The notes beneath the pieces are model-generated. The model ran no database searches and had not been told where the DNA came from. It saw only the letters and a program-made list of their open reading frames with translations. The translations under genes and the position numbers were made by a program. From Somniosus microcephalus (Eukaryota), in contig CM126205.1 of the NCBI GenBank assembly GCA_052327205.1, positions 302,374,001-302,438,000 on the forward strand: 64,000 nucleotides of DNA. Reading direction: 5' to 3'. This document shows, piece after piece, positions 59,823 to 64,000 of the stretch; the first letter of the stretch is position 1, and the number at the start of each line of letters is the position of its first letter.

Positions 59823-62774
59823 ATGACAACAGAGAAGGCCATAGACTTAGGTAGCAGTGGGGAAATTAAAAACCAGAGCATGTCAGGAAGGGGCAGAAGG
59901 TATGGAGTAAAAGGTAAAGTAATAAAAAGGGCAAAAGCAGGAACTAAGTGTCACAAAACATATTTGAAAGTTCTCTATCTGAATGCACGTAGCATTCGTA
60001 ACAAAATAGATGAGTTAATGGCACAAATAACTACATATGGGTATGATCTTGTGGCCATTACAGAAACATGGCTGCAGGGTGACAATGCCTGGGAATTAAA
60101 CATACCAGGTTATTTAACGATCAGGAAGGACAGGCAGGAAGGAAGGGGAGGTGGGGTGGCTATGTTAATAAAGGAAGCAATCACTGTAATACAGAGAAAT
60201 GATATTGGGTCAAAAGATCTGGATAATGAAACAGTTTGGGTGGAGGTAAGGAATAATAAGGGGAAAAAAACACTAGTGGGTGTAGTCTATAGGCCTCCGA
60301 ACAGTTGCAACTCTGTTGGACGGAGTATCAATCAGGAAATAGTTGAGGCTTGTAATAAGGGAACATCTATAATTATGGGGGATTTTAACTATCATATTAA
60401 TTGGACAAATCAAATTGGGCAGGGCTGCCTTGAGGATGAGTTCATTGAGTGTATTAGGGATGGGTTCCTTGAGCAGTATGTAACTGAACCGACCAGGGGG
60501 CAAGCAACCTTAGATCTGGTCCTGTGTAACGAGACAGGATTAATTAAAAATGTCCTAGTAAAGGATCCCCTTGGAATGAGTGACCATAACATGGTTGAAT
60601 TCCATATTCAATTAGAGGGTGAGAAGGTTGGATCTCAAACAAGCATGCTAAGCTTGAATAAAGGAGACTATGAAGGTATGAGAGCGGAATTGAGTAGAGT
60701 GGATTGGGAAAATAGATTAAAGGGTAAGACGATACATGATCAGTGGTGTACATTTAAGGAGTTATTTTACAACTTTGAAAAAAAATATATTCCACTGAGA
60801 AGAAAAGGGTGTAAAAGAAAAGACAGCCATCCGTGGCTAAGTAAAGAAATTAAGGATAGTATTCGACTAAAAACAAGGGCCTATAAGGTAGCCAAATCTA
60901 GTGGGAGGATAGAGGATTGGGAAAATTTTAAAAGACAGCAAAAAATAACAAAAAGATTGATTAAGAAAGGAAAGATAGATTATGAAAGTAAATTAGCAAA
61001 AAATATAAAAACAGATAGTAAGAGTTTTTATAGTTATAGAAAAAGAAAAAGGGTGGCTAAAGTAAATGTTGGTCCCTTAGAGGATGAGACCGGGAAATTA
61101 ATGGTGGGAAATATGGAGATGGCAAAAACACTGAATGAATATTTTGTATCAGTCTTTACAGTAGAGGACACTAAGAATATCCCAACACTGGACAAACAGG
61201 GGGCTATAGGGGGGGAGGAGCTAAACACGATCAAAATCACTAAGGAAGTGGTACTCGGTAAAATAATGGGACTCAAGGCGGATAAATCACCTGGACCTGA
61301 TGGCTTACATCCTAGGGTCTTGAGGGAAGTGGCAGTAGGGATTGTGGATGCATTGGTAATAATTTTCCAAAACTCCCTGGACTCAGCAAAGGTCCCGGCA
61401 GACTGGAAAACTGCTAATGTAACACCATTATTTAAAAAGGGCAGTAGACAGAAGGCTGGAAACTATAGACTGGTTAGCCTAACATCTGTGGTAGGTAAAA
61501 TTTTGGAGTCCATTATTAAGGAGACAGTAACAGGACATTTGGATAATCATAATTTAATACGACAAAGTCAGCATGGTTTTATGAAGGGGAAGTCATGTTT
61601 GACAAATTTGCTGGAGTTCTTTGAGGAAGTAACATATAGGGTGGATAAAGGGGAACCAGTGGACGTAGTGTATTTAGACTTCCAAAAGGCATTTGACAAG
61701 GTGCCACACAAAAGATTATTGCTTAAGATAAAAAATCACGGGATTGGGGGTAATATTCTTGCATGGATAGAGGATTGGCTATCTAACAGAAGGCAGAGAG
61801 TTGGGATAAATTGTTCATTCTCAGACTGGCAATCAGTAACTAGTGGTGTTCCGCAGGGGTCAGTGCTGGGTCCCCAACTCTTTACAATCTATATTAACGA
61901 TTTGGAGGAGGGGACCGAGTGTAACATATCAAAGTTTGCAGATGATACTAAGATGGGAGGGAAAGTAGTGAGTGAGGAGGACATAAAAAACCTGCAAGGG
62001 GACATAGACAGGCTAAGTAAGTGGGCAGAGATTTGGCAGATGGAATACAATACTGGAAAGTGTGAGGTTATGCACTTTGGCAGGAAAAATCGTAGAGCAA
62101 GTTATTACCTTAATGGCAAGAAACTGGAAAGTACTGAAGTACAAAGGGATCTGGGGGTCCTGGTGCACAAAACTCAAAAGGTTAGTATGCAGGTGCAGCA
62201 AGTGATTAAGAAGGCCAATGGAATGTTGGCTTTCATTGCTAGGGGGATAGAATATAAAAATAGGGAGGTATTGCTTCAGTTGTACAAGGTATTGGTGAGA
62301 CCGCACCTGGAATACTGCATACAGTTTTGGTGTCCATACTTAAGAAAAGACATGCTTGCTCTCGAGTCAGTACAAAAAAGGTTCACTCGGTTAATCCCGG
62401 GGATGAGGGGATGGACATATGAGGAGAGGTTGAGTAGATTGGGACTCTACTCATTGGAGTTCAGAAAAATGAGTGGCGATCTTATTGAAACATATAAGAT
62501 TGTGAAGGGGTTGGATCGGGTGGATGCGGGGAGGATGGTCCCGATGATGGGTGAAACTAGAACTAGGGGGCATAGTCTTAGAATAAGGGGCTGCTCTTTC
62601 AAAACTGAGATGAGGAGGAACTACTTCACTCAGAGGGTGGTAGGTCCATGGAATATGCTGCCCCAAAAAGCTGTAGAAGCTACATCATTACATAACTTTA
62701 AAACAGAAATAGACAGTTTCCTAGAAGCAAAGGGAATTAAGGGTTACGGGGAGCGGGCAGGAATTTGGACATGA
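59823..62774 (+). CDS. CR1 ORF2: APE endonuclease and reverse transcriptase, 983 aa, uninterrupted
   Basis: YLNARS, TETWL, YRPPN, GDFN, LDL and SDH (endonuclease); SPGPDG, YLDFQKAFDKVPH, GVPQGSVLGP and FADD (RT). Confidence 0.97.
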   Translation: MTTEKAIDLGSSGEIKNQSMSGRGRRYGVKGKVIKRAKAGTKCHKTYLKVLYLNARSIRNKIDELMAQITTYGYDLVAITETWLQGDNAWELNIPGYLTIRKDRQEGRGGGVAMLIKEAITVIQRNDIGSKDLDNETVWVEVRNNKGKKTLVGVVYRPPNSCNSVGRSINQEIVEACNKGTSIIMGDFNYHINWTNQIGQGCLEDEFIECIRDGFLEQYVTEPTRGQATLDLVLCNETGLIKNVLVKDPLGMSDHNMVEFHIQLEGEKVGSQTSMLSLNKGDYEGMRAELSRVDWENRLKGKTIHDQWCTFKELFYNFEKKYIPLRRKGCKRKDSHPWLSKEIKDSIRLKTRAYKVAKSSGRIEDWENFKRQQKITKRLIKKGKIDYESKLAKNIKTDSKSFYSYRKRKRVAKVNVGPLEDETGKLMVGNMEMAKTLNEYFVSVFTVEDTKNIPTLDKQGAIGGEELNTIKITKEVVLGKIMGLKADKSPGPDGLHPRVLREVAVGIVDALVIIFQNSLDSAKVPADWKTANVTPLFKKGSRQKAGNYRLVSLTSVVGKILESIIKETVTGHLDNHNLIRQSQHGFMKGKSCLTNLLEFFEEVTYRVDKGEPVDVVYLDFQKAFDKVPHKRLLLKIKNHGIGGNILAWIEDWLSNRRQRVGINCSFSDWQSVTSGVPQGSVLGPQLFTIYINDLEEGTECNISKFADDTKMGGKVVSEEDIKNLQGDIDRLSKWAEIWQMEYNTGKCEVMHFGRKNRRASYYLNGKKLESTEVQRDLGVLVHKTQKVSMQVQQVIKKANGMLAFIARGIEYKNREVLLQLYKVLVRPHLEYCIQFWCPYLRKDMLALESVQKRFTRLIPGMRGWTYEERLSRLGLYSLEFRKMSGDLIETYKIVKGLDRVDAGRMVPMMGETRTRGHSLRIRGCSFKTEMRRNYFTQRVVGPWNMLPQKAVEATSLHNFKTEIDSFLEAKGIKGYGERAGIWT

Positions 62775-63663
62775 GTCTAGGTTCGGATCGGACATGGCCC
62801 TGTGGGTAGCGGAGCGGGCCCAGGGGCCGTGTAGCCTGATCCTGCTCCTATTTCGTGTGTTTAATTCTGTTAGATTCAGGAGATGGTTCTGTGATAGTGG
62901 ATTGGCGGTTAGGATCAGATCAGCCATGATCTTATTGAATGGCGGAGCAGGCTCGAGGGGCCAATTGGCCTACTCCTGCTCCTATTTCTTATGTTCTTAT
63001 GTTCTTATGTTCTCCAGTTCCTTGCTAGCAGGGAAGTGCGAGTGACCCATGAGAGGGATGATGGTGAGAGGGAACATGGAAGTTGGGGCTTCTCTCAAAG
63101 CACTTCCACTTCTCCCCATTGCCTCCCCCTCACCCCATTCAGAGCCCCAGATGCTTCCTCGAATCGCGATGGCTGAATCTGCCTCTGCACAGTCGCAGGA
63201 GGAGCAGACTTTGGCGGGGCCATCACAGGCTCCAAAACACAGAGGACATCCACTAAAAGCGTCAAAGCATTTGCAGCAGGGAAGTGAGCAGCCTGCCTCT
63301 ACCTCTTCTGAAGCCATAGGGGGTGCACCTCGTAGAAGCACACATAAAAGAAAAATGACGCAAAAGTAGATGCACAAGGGTAAGCACATGAGTGTATAAA
63401 GGAGTGTTATTGTTAAGGTTCTGTTACTGTTATCACACATATAAAAGTATTTATTTTCACCACTTTCGAGTCCTGCCCATTTTTGGCTGCTACTTTGAAA
63501 GTGGCTTTGTGAGTTGCAGTGAATGGTGAGACATAATGTAACCTCCAGCAATGGGGGTCAGTGTGAAAGGAATGGCTTGTTCATTGTAGGGATGCTTTAT
63601 GGTGTTGTTGGGGGTGGGAACTGGGCACAGCATGTGGCAGCCATATGGGTGCAATGCAGGAAG

Positions 63664-64000
63664 TTAAGTAAATCTGGCCATGATGAGGCCATCCCTGACC
63701 TCCCGGGCAACAATGTGCTCCGCTGCTGGTGCCATCTAGACCTCAGGTTCCTCCTGCTCCTCCTCCTTGTCTTCCAGCTGATGCTCCTCCTTCTCTTCCT
63801 CTGAAGAGGCTGTGCGCTCTGCACTTTGCTCCTCATGCTGCTCTAATCCTCATTGTTGCACCCTATTGTGCAGGGTGTAGCAGACGACGATGATTCTGGA
63901 TACCCTGGCTGGTGCATACTGATGGGCTCCTCCAGATCTGTCACAGCATCTGAAGCGCATCTTCAGCATGCCTATTGCTTGCTCTATGACACATCTGGTG
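63664..64000 (-). pseudogene. Harbinger transposase C-terminus (copy D), degenerate
   Basis: The minus strand reads TRCVIEQAIGMLKMRFRCCDRSGGAHQYAPARVSRIIVVCYTLHN, then an acidic tract, then REVRDGLIMARFT*. Confidence 0.88.

Larger units (their letters stand above)
59368..63013 (+). mobile_element. Young CR1 LINE, 5'-truncated inside ORF1
   Basis: ORF1 esterase remnant, intact ORF2, 3' stem-loops and (TTCTTATG)n tail. Confidence 0.96.
57774..63369 (+). pseudogene. Harbinger Myb/SANT gene; exons 57774-58013, 58440-58599, and 58755-59367 plus 63014-63369; in-frame stops and a CR1 insertion
   Basis: RAAPHFLDESL..KRT*LQIA..RTWVQCQKLFNDL|GTGAGT, exon 2 with RERTGGGPP, and a C-terminus AGPSQAPKHRGHP..RRSTHKRK resembling copies A/B. 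Confidence 0.85.
57500..64000 (-). mobile_element. Older Harbinger (copy D), inverted relative to A/B, interrupted by a CR1 and running off the window
   Basis: Begins GGCCGGAATTTT. Carries a three-exon Myb pseudogene on + and a convergent transposase C-terminus on -. Confidence 0.85.

Overview
Repeat-dominated, apparently intergenic or intronic vertebrate DNA, most likely from a shark or ray (inferred from an HE1-type V-SINE, SacSINE1/DeuSINE-like SINEs and abundant CR1/L2 LINEs). I cannot support any host protein-coding gene. The window is unusually rich in two-gene PIF/Harbinger DNA transposons, in which a HARBI1-like DDE transposase converges on a spliced, three-exon Myb/SANT (NAIF1-like) gene. 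One copy looks fully intact (33585-38062) and one near-intact (41882-46354). Another is disrupted by a young CR1 LINE with an intact ORF2 (57500 to beyond 64000). There are also a terminal fragment (1-344), two decayed copies and several derived MITEs. Other elements are a full-length Gypsy (Mag-like) LTR retrotransposon nested in an L2 LINE and itself hit by a SINE, a related solo LTR, and a Tc1/mariner-type MITE. The least-explained signals are a 54-bp intronic repeat whose 33-nt core is conserved between the two diverged Harbingers, a shared promoter and bidirectional poly(A) layout, an in-frame Myb-protein/CR1-esterase chimera, a duplicated CR1 3' stem-loop, a 136-bp inverted repeat and a near-perfect hairpin at 54316. 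All family assignments come from motif recognition by eye, not database searches.
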